Shown here: positions 56,272 through 64,000 of the stretch, piece by piece
Layout of the letters: every line of letters starts with the position of its first letter
Numbering within the stretch: position 1 is the first letter of the stretch
Notes under the pieces: generated by a model
Databases searched by the model: none
What the model was told of the DNA's origin: nothing
What the model saw: the letters and a program-made list of their open reading frames with translations, nothing else
Made by a program: the position numbers and the translations under genes
NCBI GenBank assembly: GCA_964651815.1
Contig: CAZYWG010000006.1
Span: 23,259-87,258, forward strand
Length of the DNA stretch: 64,000 nucleotides
Source of the DNA: an uncultured Gammaproteobacteria bacterium
GTDB taxonomy: Bacteria; Patescibacteriota; Microgenomatia; Levybacterales; GWA1-39-11
Direction of reading: 5' to 3'

Positions 56272-57141
56272 TCAGTTATTGGTTGAAGGTTTAGGACTGG
56301 ATATGGCTCGGCTTATACTTTCAAAGAAGCTTACTAATTCGGGGGAAGTATCCGGTTTGTCCGCATATCCAAGCGTTGGATTGATTAGAATATACAACTG
56401 GTCAAGTCTAGTGGAAATCTCAAAAATTCTCATAAAATTTTCTTTGGGAGTAGTGTGTAAGCGTTGGGAGTAAAGCTGCATAATTTTATAGAGTTTTCCA
56501 AATTTTGTAGCCTTTGGGAGTTCATTTAGGTCAAGATAATCTTTCCACTGGGAGACGGTGCCGTCCATATCTTCCGCGGCCGGCCTTTTAATGATGGCAT
56601 CTAAAACCGGTTTTATAATGTGCTCCGGGGCCGGACAAGCCTCCGGTCCTTCTTCTGCCAGGAAATAGTTTTTCCTTGATGGGTTGGCGCCATTGGCAAA
56701 TCTATAAATCTGGTAGCTTGAAATTCTCTCATCCATTGGTACTCCACTATCGCGAATGCCTTGAAGCGGTAAAATAATTCCTTCAGAAGTTCTGGCAAGG
56801 TCTATTGTTGCAGGTGGTAAGGAATGCTCTTCAATAGGATTATTTTTGCGAAGTGCCATATAAATGGGTAAAACAGACATTAAGCTTGTAATATCTATTA
56901 ATTGTTGAAGATTTAGTTTGTCCTCCGGGAATCCTGAACGCAAATAGCGAATAAGTCCATACATATCGCCCGCGCCTTCCCTGATCTCTTTCATGGAAGC
57001 GGTATTTGCCGTATGTCCTTCGCGACCCTTAAGCATATTGGGCGCGAGGTCTGAAGGGATTGCTTCAGTAATTATGTGCCTGCCGTGGGTATCGGCAACT
57101 CTGTCATAAGAACCAACCAATCTTCCCATTTCTACTGCCAT
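56272..57141 (-). CDS. Hypothetical protein
   Basis: 289-aa ORF with its own TTGACA...TAATAT promoter. Confidence 0.7.
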   Translation of the reverse strand: MAVEMGRLVGSYDRVADTHGRHIITEAIPSDLAPNMLKGREGHTANTASMKEIREGAGDMYGLIRYLRSGFPEDKLNLQQLIDITSLMSVLPIYMALRKNNPIEEHSLPPATIDLARTSEGIILPLQGIRDSGVPMDERISSYQIYRFANGANPSRKNYFLAEEGPEACPAPEHIIKPVLDAIIKRPAAEDMDGTVSQWKDYLDLNELPKATKFGKLYKIMQLYSQRLHTTPKENFMRIFEISTRLDQLYILINPTLGYADKPDTSPELVSFFESISRAISSPKPSTNN

Positions 57142-57246
57142 GCGGGCATATTACACCACCCTTACTTTACTGTCAATTCGCTAAGTCTGCGGGGCGAGTG
57201 AGCTAATTATTTATAAGAATTGCTTGCGTGTGATGCGATGATGCGG

Positions 57247-57900
57247 CTATGTCTTTGTCTGTCCGCTTCTTATTAAAAAAACATCTTCTTGATTTCTATC
57301 TTTTGCCCGCTCTGTAACAACCCTAAAGTCCGGAGCAACATCGCGGCATATATCTAAAACTTTCTGAGGATCATAATAAAAAAGAAAATCATCTTTTTCT
57401 ACATGCTCCTTAACCAGAAAATTAAATGCAACAGCAGAGTTTACCATTGGTGTTAAGCGTTGCAACATCCTTCTTAAAAATAAATAGTTATCTTGAGAAT
57501 TTTGTATTACGGATAAAGCTCCGGACAAAAATGCAAAATCATATTTTTCCTGGGTGACATCTCCTCCCAGAATGTCTCTTTTTTCAAAGCGCTCATTAGG
57601 GCGTTTGGCCCTGGCAGTAACTAGAGAAGGTTCGTAAACATCAATGCCATAATATTTTCCTCCACCCACTCTTTTCCAAAAATCTGCAAATTCTCCGGTT
57701 CCGCACCCTATATCAATACAGGTTGCGTCTTTAACAGGTCTTCCTGACATAGAAACAACTCGGAAAAGACTTTGGAAATTTTCTTGTTGATGATTTCCTT
57801 CCCACCCGTCAGGATTACCGACAGCCGTGAGAAGATGATAGACAGAATTGTTTGCAAACAAATCTGCCCGGCCCAATCCTACCTGAGATTCACAAGCCAT
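57247..57900 (-). CDS. Class I SAM-dependent methyltransferase
   Basis: IDIGCGTG, YYGIDV, YDFAFLSG, AFNFL. Confidence 0.85.
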   Translation of the reverse strand: MACESQVGLGRADLFANNSVYHLLTAVGNPDGWEGNHQQENFQSLFRVVSMSGRPVKDATCIDIGCGTGEFADFWKRVGGGKYYGIDVYEPSLVTARAKRPNERFEKRDILGGDVTQEKYDFAFLSGALSVIQNSQDNYLFLRRMLQRLTPMVNSAVAFNFLVKEHVEKDDFLFYYDPQKVLDICRDVAPDFRVVTERAKDRNQEDVFLIRSGQTKT

Positions 57901-58032
57901 AGTTTGGGAGCATAATACACCACTTCGTTTTAGAACTCAAGCGCAATTCAAAAACTCAGCGCGGGGTACAATCGGAATTTCTCGGGCCGTGGTTATTTAT
58001 TTACAAGAAGTTTGGTTGATTTTAAGAGTAAT

Positions 58033-58263
58033 TTAGAGTTCGTAGCCTCCGGAGGGTGCTTCATGCAATTCCACCGCAGCGTAGTAGATCTTATTAATGT
58101 CTACTGAGGGGTCGTCATCCATCTGGTATTCTTTGTGGTCTTCTTCATACTCTATAAGGTGTGCTTTGATGCCATAATAAAGAACGCTTGCAGCCCCCTC
58201 TTTACTCTCGTGATATGTATAAAATATCTTTGTGCAATAGGTGCAAGGGTGAGAATAGTACAT
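58033..58263 (-). CDS. Small acidic protein with CxxC...H...H (zinc-finger-like)
   Basis: HPCTYCTKIF...IKAHLIEYEEDH; likely start ATG 58263. Confidence 0.55.
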   Translation of the reverse strand: MYYSHPCTYCTKIFYTYHESKEGAASVLYYGIKAHLIEYEEDHKEYQMDDDPSVDINKIYYAAVELHEAPSGGYEL

Positions 58264-58322
58264 AATTTGAGGATAGTATAGCTCTTTTAATAAAATTTGC
58301 AATAAGTGTTAACGGGAACTTT

Positions 58323-58661
58323 TTAATGGGGGAGTTCGAGCCAAACGGCGGCTTCATTTCCTACTGTCCAACCGTCGTGGTCCGGAGGAATATTTACAAC
58401 GTCTCCTGCAGTTAATTCTTCTACTTCTCCACCTGTGAGTTGAGAAGCAAGCGTTCCCGAAATCATGTAAAGAAGATGATCTTTTTGGCAGGTTTCAGTT
58501 TTTAAAACCGGTTTCAAACTTTCAGACCATTTCCATCCGGGTCCGGCTGTGATTTTTTGAATTTTTATGTTGCCAAAAGAAACTGTTTCAACTTTTACCT
58601 TGTCTCCAGGATTTGCAGTTTCATCCGGGGAATTAAAATTTTTCTTATTAATATTTGCCAT
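58323..58661 (-). CDS. Cupin domain protein
   Basis: PGWKWSE, CQKDH, IPPDHDGWTVG. Confidence 0.85.
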   Translation of the reverse strand: MANINKKNFNSPDETANPGDKVKVETVSFGNIKIQKITAGPGWKWSESLKPVLKTETCQKDHLLYMISGTLASQLTGGEVEELTAGDVVNIPPDHDGWTVGNEAAVWLELPH

Positions 58662-58664
58662 ATT

Positions 58665-59198
58665 TTATTTGGATTTCTTATCTACTAATTTTATAATTTC
58701 TCTCATAAATGCGGGTAAATCGGCGGGCCATCTTGAGGTAACCAGATTTCCGTCAACCACAACCTCACGGTCCTCCCATTTTCCTCCAGCCTCTTTTACA
58801 CTTTCAGGAACTCCGTCATGCCAGTATGAAGTGAGATGGCGTCCTTTAAGAACTCCTGAATCAGCAAGAGTCCAAGGACCGTGACAAATAGAAGCAACGG
58901 GTTTATTTTTAGCAAAAAAGTCTTGAGTTATCTCCTGCGCTTTTTTTATTTTTCTGACTACAGAAGGAGCTCCATCCGGCGAGCCGCCGGGGATTACAAG
59001 TAGGTCATATTTGCCAGGGTCAACTTTGCTGATTAGAATATCCGGCATAAGCTCTGCATACCCAAATTCGCCATGTATTGCCTCAATTTTTGGTGCTGCA
59101 ACGTCCACTTGCCATCCGGCTTCTTGCAAACGCATTAAAGGATACATCACTTCCATATCCTCAAATAAATTTGCCGTAAGGATTACCGCTTTTTTCAT
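58665..59198 (-). CDS. PfpI/DJ-1 family protein
   Basis: FEDME, IPGG, SICHGPW, VVVDGNLVTSRWPADLPAF. Confidence 0.93.
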   Translation of the reverse strand: MKKAVILTANLFEDMEVMYPLMRLQEAGWQVDVAAPKIEAIHGEFGYAELMPDILISKVDPGKYDLLVIPGGSPDGAPSVVRKIKKAQEITQDFFAKNKPVASICHGPWTLADSGVLKGRHLTSYWHDGVPESVKEAGGKWEDREVVVDGNLVTSRWPADLPAFMREIIKLVDKKSK

Positions 59199-59221
59199 TA
59201 ACAGTAGTATATCACTAAAAT

Positions 59222-59422
59222 TTATTTCTTTTTACCCAGGAGTTTGTAGCCACTGTATGCTAAGAACCAGGCAGCAACTACTCCAATAATGCTAACCCAC
59301 ATGGGTGCTTCCCATCCACCGATAATAATGGGCCATCCCATCAATAGTCTAATAACGTGAGCTGTTCCTACACCGAAGAAAATAATTTTTGTGAGTTTGA
59401 TATAAGTTTTTGTATCTAACAA
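59222..59422 (-). CDS. Small two-TM membrane protein
   Basis: AHVIRLLMGWPIIIGGWEAPMWVS; SD GGGGGAGGTGA before TTG 59422. Confidence 0.65.
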   Translation of the reverse strand: MLDTKTYIKLTKIIFFGVGTAHVIRLLMGWPIIIGGWEAPMWVSIIGVVAAWFLAYSGYKLLGKKK

Positions 59423-59534
59423 AAGAATCACCTCCCCCTTTTAATTTTGCTCTCCGTGATTTGCTGTGTCAAGAAATAAGTGTTCTAGATTTATTTACTT
59501 ATCTTTTTTGATTTGAGGGAGCCCGTTATTCATA

Positions 59535-60011
59535 TTATTTTATCAACTCCATTTTTTTTATTATTCTTCCAACTGTTTTCCAGGTTCGGGTTGTAATTTC
59601 TTTTCCATGTTGTTTTTCAAGCTTTCCCATGAAATCTGGAGTTCTGCCCTCATCAGTATTAATAACTGTGCATAGTTCCGGCTTGCGATCTTTAAAAAAC
59701 GTAATAATTAAGTAATTTGGTGTTTCATCAGGAATACCCTTAAATGGGTCTTTTGCCACAAGCTTTTTTAATTCATTTTGCGCGCGGATAATTACTATTC
59801 TTGAAAATCCCAGATATTTTGGTAGTTCTTTTTCAATCCTACTCTCAAGAGCTTTTGTATCTTTTAAATCACTTTCAAAAACAACATTTCCGCTGGCAAT
59901 AACAGTTGCAACGTTTTTAAAACCCAGATATTCAAAAAATTCGCTTAATTTTTCACCTTTCATGTTTGGATTACCGGGTCCAATTCCGCGAAGAAGCGCT
60001 ACGTATTTCAT
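59535..60011 (-). CDS. DUF1697-like protein
   Basis: MKYVALLRGI, ASGNVVF, TTRTWKTV. Confidence 0.88.
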   Translation of the reverse strand: MKYVALLRGIGPGNPNMKGEKLSEFFEYLGFKNVATVIASGNVVFESDLKDTKALESRIEKELPKYLGFSRIVIIRAQNELKKLVAKDPFKGIPDETPNYLIITFFKDRKPELCTVINTDEGRTPDFMGKLEKQHGKEITTRTWKTVGRIIKKMELIK

Positions 60012-60018
60012 GAGGCGA

Positions 60019-61080
60019 TTATAACAAAGTAACAGGTAAACCCAAAAACTTTTCGTAATCTTTTACAGCTTCATTAACTTGAGACTTCTCCGATAAATTA
60101 AGATTCCGAAACGTATTTAATTTGATTTCAATTTTATCTTTCTTCAACTTTCTTTTCCAACTTCCTTCAATTTTACCGTTAATTACAATAAGCGAGGTAA
60201 GGAGTGCATTTCCTACAGCAGCCATTTTTTTCTTATTTTCTTCGTCCATTATCAGGCTTCTGTCGGTATACCCAATAAAATATTCATCATAAACTGAGAA
60301 AACGAAAGCACTTTTGTCGGAATTGATATTTTCAGAACCGATAAAATAATAATCCTTCCCTTCTTTAGTCATTTTTTCCACTCGTGATTTGATAGAAGCC
60401 AAACCTTCAGAGGATTCTTTCATTGTGAGGCCGGACCACCAGGCAAAATCCTTTATCTGTGCTGGTCCATGGCTTTGAAAATACCTTAGTGCAATAGTTG
60501 CAAGCGCAGCATCTCGGTCCAAATGTTTTGCTTGTGGAGCACGGTCAGTGATTAGTGCATAAGTGTGTTGTTTGTCTCTGAGTGGACCGCTTGCAATAAG
60601 TCCGTCAAGCTCGGCTGTGGATACAATATGCCCGAGTCTTTGAGTATCTGCTTTTATTTTAGAATCGCTTAAAATGGTTTTAAGTTCAAGTCTGGTCAAG
60701 AAATTCTTATTAGAAAGTGCCTGCGTGATTATTTTGTTTGTTTTCTCAAGTAAATCTTCCGTGATTTCGAGCCTTTTTTCGTAATACGTCATGAGTTTTT
60801 TTACTCGCTGAGATGTAAGATCTTGCATCCACAAAATATCTTCCGCTGGGACAAAGTGCCAGGTAGGACGCATAACATGCGTCCTTAATATGCGTCCTTC
60901 GTTAAATGCTTTTGTAATCTCTTCGTCTGAGGGATTTTTCATGCGGAGACCCAAGCACCATTTAGCAGGTTGAAAATCCTGTGATTGTACTGCTCCAAGC
61001 CATCCAACAACTTCTTCAGGAGTTTTAAATTTATCGCCCAAGAGATGGTGATTTGAGAGTCTTGTTGAAAGAATATCCAT
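60019..61080 (-). CDS. AlkZ-like (HTH_42) interstrand-crosslink DNA glycosylase
   Basis: GAVQSQD (QxQ), RTHVMRPTWHFV, HGPA...DFAWWSG, YDEY. Confidence 0.88.
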   Translation of the reverse strand: MDILSTRLSNHHLLGDKFKTPEEVVGWLGAVQSQDFQPAKWCLGLRMKNPSDEEITKAFNEGRILRTHVMRPTWHFVPAEDILWMQDLTSQRVKKLMTYYEKRLEITEDLLEKTNKIITQALSNKNFLTRLELKTILSDSKIKADTQRLGHIVSTAELDGLIASGPLRDKQHTYALITDRAPQAKHLDRDAALATIALRYFQSHGPAQIKDFAWWSGLTMKESSEGLASIKSRVEKMTKEGKDYYFIGSENINSDKSAFVFSVYDEYFIGYTDRSLIMDEENKKKMAAVGNALLTSLIVINGKIEGSWKRKLKKDKIEIKLNTFRNLNLSEKSQVNEAVKDYEKFLGLPVTLL

Positions 61081-61097
61081 TCGCTCGTGCGCGGGAC

Positions 61098-61508
61098 TTA
61101 TTTTGGCATATCCATCATAGGGAGAGGCTGGAGAATGCTTACGCGGTTGCCCTCAGTGTCTTCAAAAACTGCCCAATTTCCAATGCCCGGGATCATTTCA
61201 GGCTGCTTCAAAAATTTTCCGCCTGCTGCTTCAACATTTTTCATTGCAGCCTCGATATTTTCAACCGAGATAACAACTGAAGTAAGGTTATTTTCCTCAG
61301 AGTTTGGAAAAAATCCTCCGTTGATTTCCCCGGGATTTTTGGGACGCCTTGTTTTTTCATCCTGATCGCCTGTTACGGCTACAACATAACTCCCCATTTC
61401 TTGTCCCATTTGTTGCATTTTCCAATCAAATGCTTTTTCATAGAACTCGGAAACGCGTTTTGCATCTTTGTAAGGCATTTCAAAGTGAACTACGGGATTT
61501 TTCTTCAT
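61098..61508 (-). CDS. VOC/glyoxalase family protein
   Basis: VVHFEMP, FYEKAFDW, INGG, DTEGN. Confidence 0.9.
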   Translation of the reverse strand: MKKNPVVHFEMPYKDAKRVSEFYEKAFDWKMQQMGQEMGSYVVAVTGDQDEKTRRPKNPGEINGGFFPNSEENNLTSVVISVENIEAAMKNVEAAGGKFLKQPEMIPGIGNWAVFEDTEGNRVSILQPLPMMDMPK

Positions 61509-61921
61509 TATTTCTGTTCTCCTTGCGAGATATTAACCATCCAGTGAACCCCATATTTATCGGTTAACATTCCAAAAATATCTCCCCACATTTGTTTTTC
61601 AAGCGGCATATCAACTTTCCCGCCTTCTGCGAGTTTGTTAAAATATTCTGTAAGTTTCTCAACATCCGACCCGACAATGCTTAGATGTACGTTATCACCG
61701 AATTTTACCTCTCCCATATGTCCCGTGTCGCTGGCCATGATTTCCATCTCATCTGTATGAAGATGTGCATGCATAGTTTGATCTTTATATTTCTCGTCAT
61801 TCATCCCGGACTCGCCGAATGTTGAAATTGTCAGTTCACCCCCGAAGATAGCCTTATAAAACTCCATTGCTTCCCGGGAATTTCCGTTGAAATTTAGATA
61901 AGGATTAAGTGCTGTTTTCAT
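61508..61921 (-). CDS. VOC family protein (PhnB-like)
   Basis: LNPYLNFNG, AMEFY..IFGG, MHA, MASD, WGDIFGMLTDKYGVHWMVN. Confidence 0.92.
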   Translation of the reverse strand: MKTALNPYLNFNGNSREAMEFYKAIFGGELTISTFGESGMNDEKYKDQTMHAHLHTDEMEIMASDTGHMGEVKFGDNVHLSIVGSDVEKLTEYFNKLAEGGKVDMPLEKQMWGDIFGMLTDKYGVHWMVNISQGEQK

Positions 61922-61977
61922 TTCTTAGGTATTATAGCAAAATAGAAATTAAAAAAAACAAAGAAAATTGTAAGAAT

Positions 61978-62112
61978 TTATCGGCGGGATTTTTTCTTTT
62001 GCTTCTTGGGTTTTCTTGCGGCAAGCATTGCATGTTTTATTGCAAGCCTTTTTTTGGTCTTTGGTGAATGGGTTCTGCTTCTTTTTCCAACTCCTGTTGC
62101 TCTTTTTGCCAT
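61978..62112 (-). CDS. 44-aa highly basic protein (not in ORF track)
   Basis: MAKRATGVGKRSRTHSPKTKKRLAIKHAMLAARKPKKQKKKSRR; TATAAT 6 nt before ATG; fills the intergenic gap. Confidence 0.7.
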   Translation of the reverse strand: MAKRATGVGKRSRTHSPKTKKRLAIKHAMLAARKPKKQKKKSRR

Positions 62113-62129
62113 AAGTCTATTATACACTA

Positions 62130-62480
62130 TTATGCTTCATCGTTCCTTTTCATTTGTGCTTTAACTAGCTTTTTGATTAAAGAAATTGGAAGGGGTTTGT
62201 CAAATGGAAAACGAAGAGTCGCTTTGCCTGTTCTATACTTTTTAACTTCCTCTTTATACTTTTCTATGCTCATAGGCATAGCGTAAAGCCCTATGTGGTC
62301 TTTAGTATAGGAAAAATATGCAACACGTCCTTTGTGATAATAAAAAGGCATTGCGTAACTTATTCTCTCTTCTGCATTTGGTGCAACTGATTTAATAGTT
62401 TTTCTGAGTTTCTGAAGTTTTGCCTGCACTTCGGCTGGTGCATTTGCAATATATTCATCAACACTTTTAGCCTTTTGCAT
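62130..62480 (-). CDS. DUF1801/YdhG-like protein
   Basis: VDEYIA, APNAEERISYAMP, HIGLY, GKATLRFP. Confidence 0.9.
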   Translation of the reverse strand: MQKAKSVDEYIANAPAEVQAKLQKLRKTIKSVAPNAEERISYAMPFYYHKGRVAYFSYTKDHIGLYAMPMSIEKYKEEVKKYRTGKATLRFPFDKPLPISLIKKLVKAQMKRNDEA

Positions 62481-62501
62481 GCTCTTATTATACCCAAAGT
62501 A

Positions 62502-63623
62502 TCAATAATTTTGTCGACCGTCGTACGCCATTGCCACTACTCGTTCACCCTTTTGTGTATAGCGGGAGGCAATGAGAATATTCCCAAGCGTTGAATTGCC
62601 ATAAGTATCAATAAGAACTTTTGGTAGCAAAACGCCATAATTAAGGGGAAGCAGACCCGCCGGAGAATTAGGCTGCAACTTCTTATACGCTTCCTGCACT
62701 TTGTTGTCAGTAAAAAGCGCGTAATTATCGATAAGATTACTGTTGAAAGCGCGTTCATGTAAGGGCATTTCTATTCCGATAGGAGCATTAGTTCCGAATG
62801 CTGAGAAATGAGACATTAATTCCGGATGCCCGGGGTCAATACCGAACAAATCTCCGTAGGAAGATGCTCCATGGGATTTTGCATAACGATCAAATCCGCC
62901 TCCGTATGCAAAAGATTCGGTCGCAACTACTTTTGCATTTTCCGTGTGAGATTTAACATATTCGCCAAGCGCACATAGACTTGCTCCATTTCCCATAGAA
63001 ACAACAACCCTTATTGGTTTGTCCTGTTCGCTAAAATTTGCAAGAAGTTGTCGTCCGAGTTCGGACATTGTATTAACGGTAATATTGGTTTTAATTTCAT
63101 CGCCAGCCGCATGATTTGGTGAAACATATCTCTTTTTTCCTTCCTGTATTCTTTCTCTGTTAAAACTCAAACTTGTTAAGTGTTCAAGTTCTTCTGGCAT
63201 TCCCTCTGCGTATTTTTCTTTTGGAGTTTTAATTATTTCAACTTTTCGTCCCTTCGGATGTAGATACCTAGCTTCCGGTAATCCGTCCGGCATAATTACA
63301 GCATGTTCATATCCTAGCATTTGTGCTGCATCGCTAAACGCAACCCATCCGTTACCTGTACTTGCTTCAACCAATTTAGAATTTGCAGGAGTTACCCGTT
63401 TTTCTGTCTCCATGTATTTGATAAGTGGAACAAAAACGTTTTTCAAACCATAATGACAACCCGGAACCTGGGTTACGTCAAGCACAATTATTTCCGCGAG
63501 ATTTGGCGCAAGACCCTCAAATTTTTCTCCAAGCCTGTAAACTTGGGCTTGGTAATGAAGTTCGCTTTCGGCTTTGTGAAATAACTCGTCTCTGCCGGAT
63601 AAAAGAATAGGCACCTCAGTCAT
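62502..63623 (-). CDS. Divergent cysteine synthase-like (fold-type II PLP) protein
   Basis: VEASTGN, VIMP, SMGNGAS, KVVATE. Confidence 0.7.
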   Translation of the reverse strand: MTEVPILLSGRDELFHKAESELHYQAQVYRLGEKFEGLAPNLAEIIVLDVTQVPGCHYGLKNVFVPLIKYMETEKRVTPANSKLVEASTGNGWVAFSDAAQMLGYEHAVIMPDGLPEARYLHPKGRKVEIIKTPKEKYAEGMPEELEHLTSLSFNRERIQEGKKRYVSPNHAAGDEIKTNITVNTMSELGRQLLANFSEQDKPIRVVVSMGNGASLCALGEYVKSHTENAKVVATESFAYGGGFDRYAKSHGASSYGDLFGIDPGHPELMSHFSAFGTNAPIGIEMPLHERAFNSNLIDNYALFTDNKVQEAYKKLQPNSPAGLLPLNYGVLLPKVLIDTYGNSTLGNILIASRYTQKGERVVAMAYDGRQNY

Positions 63624-63681
63624 AACGGCAATTATCCTATAATTTGAGCTTTTAGCAAAAAAGTGCTAAAATAGATTAATT

Positions 63682-64000
63682 ATGACAATAAGTCCTCAGG
63701 CGCAGTCCATTTATAAAATATTACAGGATTCTAATAAGCCGCTTTCTGCAAAAATTATTGCGGAAGAACTTAACATATTCCCAAACTCCGTTTATCGCTT
63801 GACAGAAGAATTAATAAGCATGGGTTTAATTAAAAAGACTGGTAAGCGCCCATTTAGATTTGAAACCAAGGCTCAGGATGAGGGATTATCTTTGTTTTTG
63901 CTTTATCAAAACGAATGGTTTTCAAGACAGTTTCCCAAATCCGCTAAAAAAACCGAGAAGAAGGAAAATACCTACTCACCACAGATAAGTCTATCTTTTA
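63682..64000 (+). CDS. TrmB-like winged-helix regulator (3' truncated by window)
   Basis: MTISPQAQSIYKIL...LSAKIIAEELNIFPNSVYRLTEELISMGLI...RPFRF; open to window end. Confidence 0.75.
   Translation, partial: MTISPQAQSIYKILQDSNKPLSAKIIAEELNIFPNSVYRLTEELISMGLIKKTGKRPFRFETKAQDEGLSLFLLYQNEWFSRQFPKSAKKTEKKENTYSPQISLSF

Noticed and set aside
59495-59533. Mini-ORF MNNGLPQIKKDK on the minus strand
   Set aside because: Only 12 codons; could be a deletion scar but there is no independent support
531-63610. Numerous antisense or alternative-frame ORFs in the track (e.g. 6354-6770, 14366-14800, 29922-30356, 35252-35707)
   Set aside because: Fully overlap well-supported genes and show no motifs; shadow ORFs
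44219-63623. Integron cassette array (many small co-oriented genes of cassette-like families)
   Set aside because: No recurring attC-like RYYYAAC...GTTRRRY palindromes seen, many genes abut or overlap, most have their own promoters, and no integrase is present
1-64000. Alternative genetic code (TGA=Gly), tRNA or rRNA genes
   Set aside because: ruvB and other genes end properly at TGA and long ORFs are intact under code 11; no cloverleaf or rRNA-like segment was seen in the short intergenic gaps

Overview
AT-rich bacterial chromosome segment using the standard code (TGA is a stop). Gene content points to Patescibacteria/CPR, probably Microgenomates (inference). 0.6-17.8 kb holds a VirB2/TrbC-type pilin array and a PrgI / VirB4-associated / VirB4 / wall-hydrolase type IV secretion-like operon with no relaxase or VirD4 in view. 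Embedded in it are two divergent, large coiled-coil orphans with glycine/alanine-rich hydrophobic segments (candidate translocon/effector pair), a small partner protein and an HEXXH membrane protease. The operon abuts dnaN-oriC-dnaA, where DnaA boxes and DnaA-trios are visible. 20-34 kb has glycosyltransferases, ruvC/ruvA/ruvB interrupted by two more pilins, and a vapBC module flanked by a duplicated ruvB 3' end. 34-41 kb has a MacAB-like exporter with an OmpR-type two-component system. 41-64 kb is a dense, mostly minus-strand set of small detoxification-type genes (VOC, SRPBCC, DHFR-like, AlkZ-like, DJ-1) plus orphans. Most genes look leaderless, with a -10 hexamer 6-7 nt before the start codon. 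This rule corrects many ORF starts, supports an unlisted 44-aa highly basic protein, and suggests an ATA start. No tRNA, rRNA, CRISPR array, integrase or transposase was recognised. All family calls come from motif recognition by eye, not database searches.
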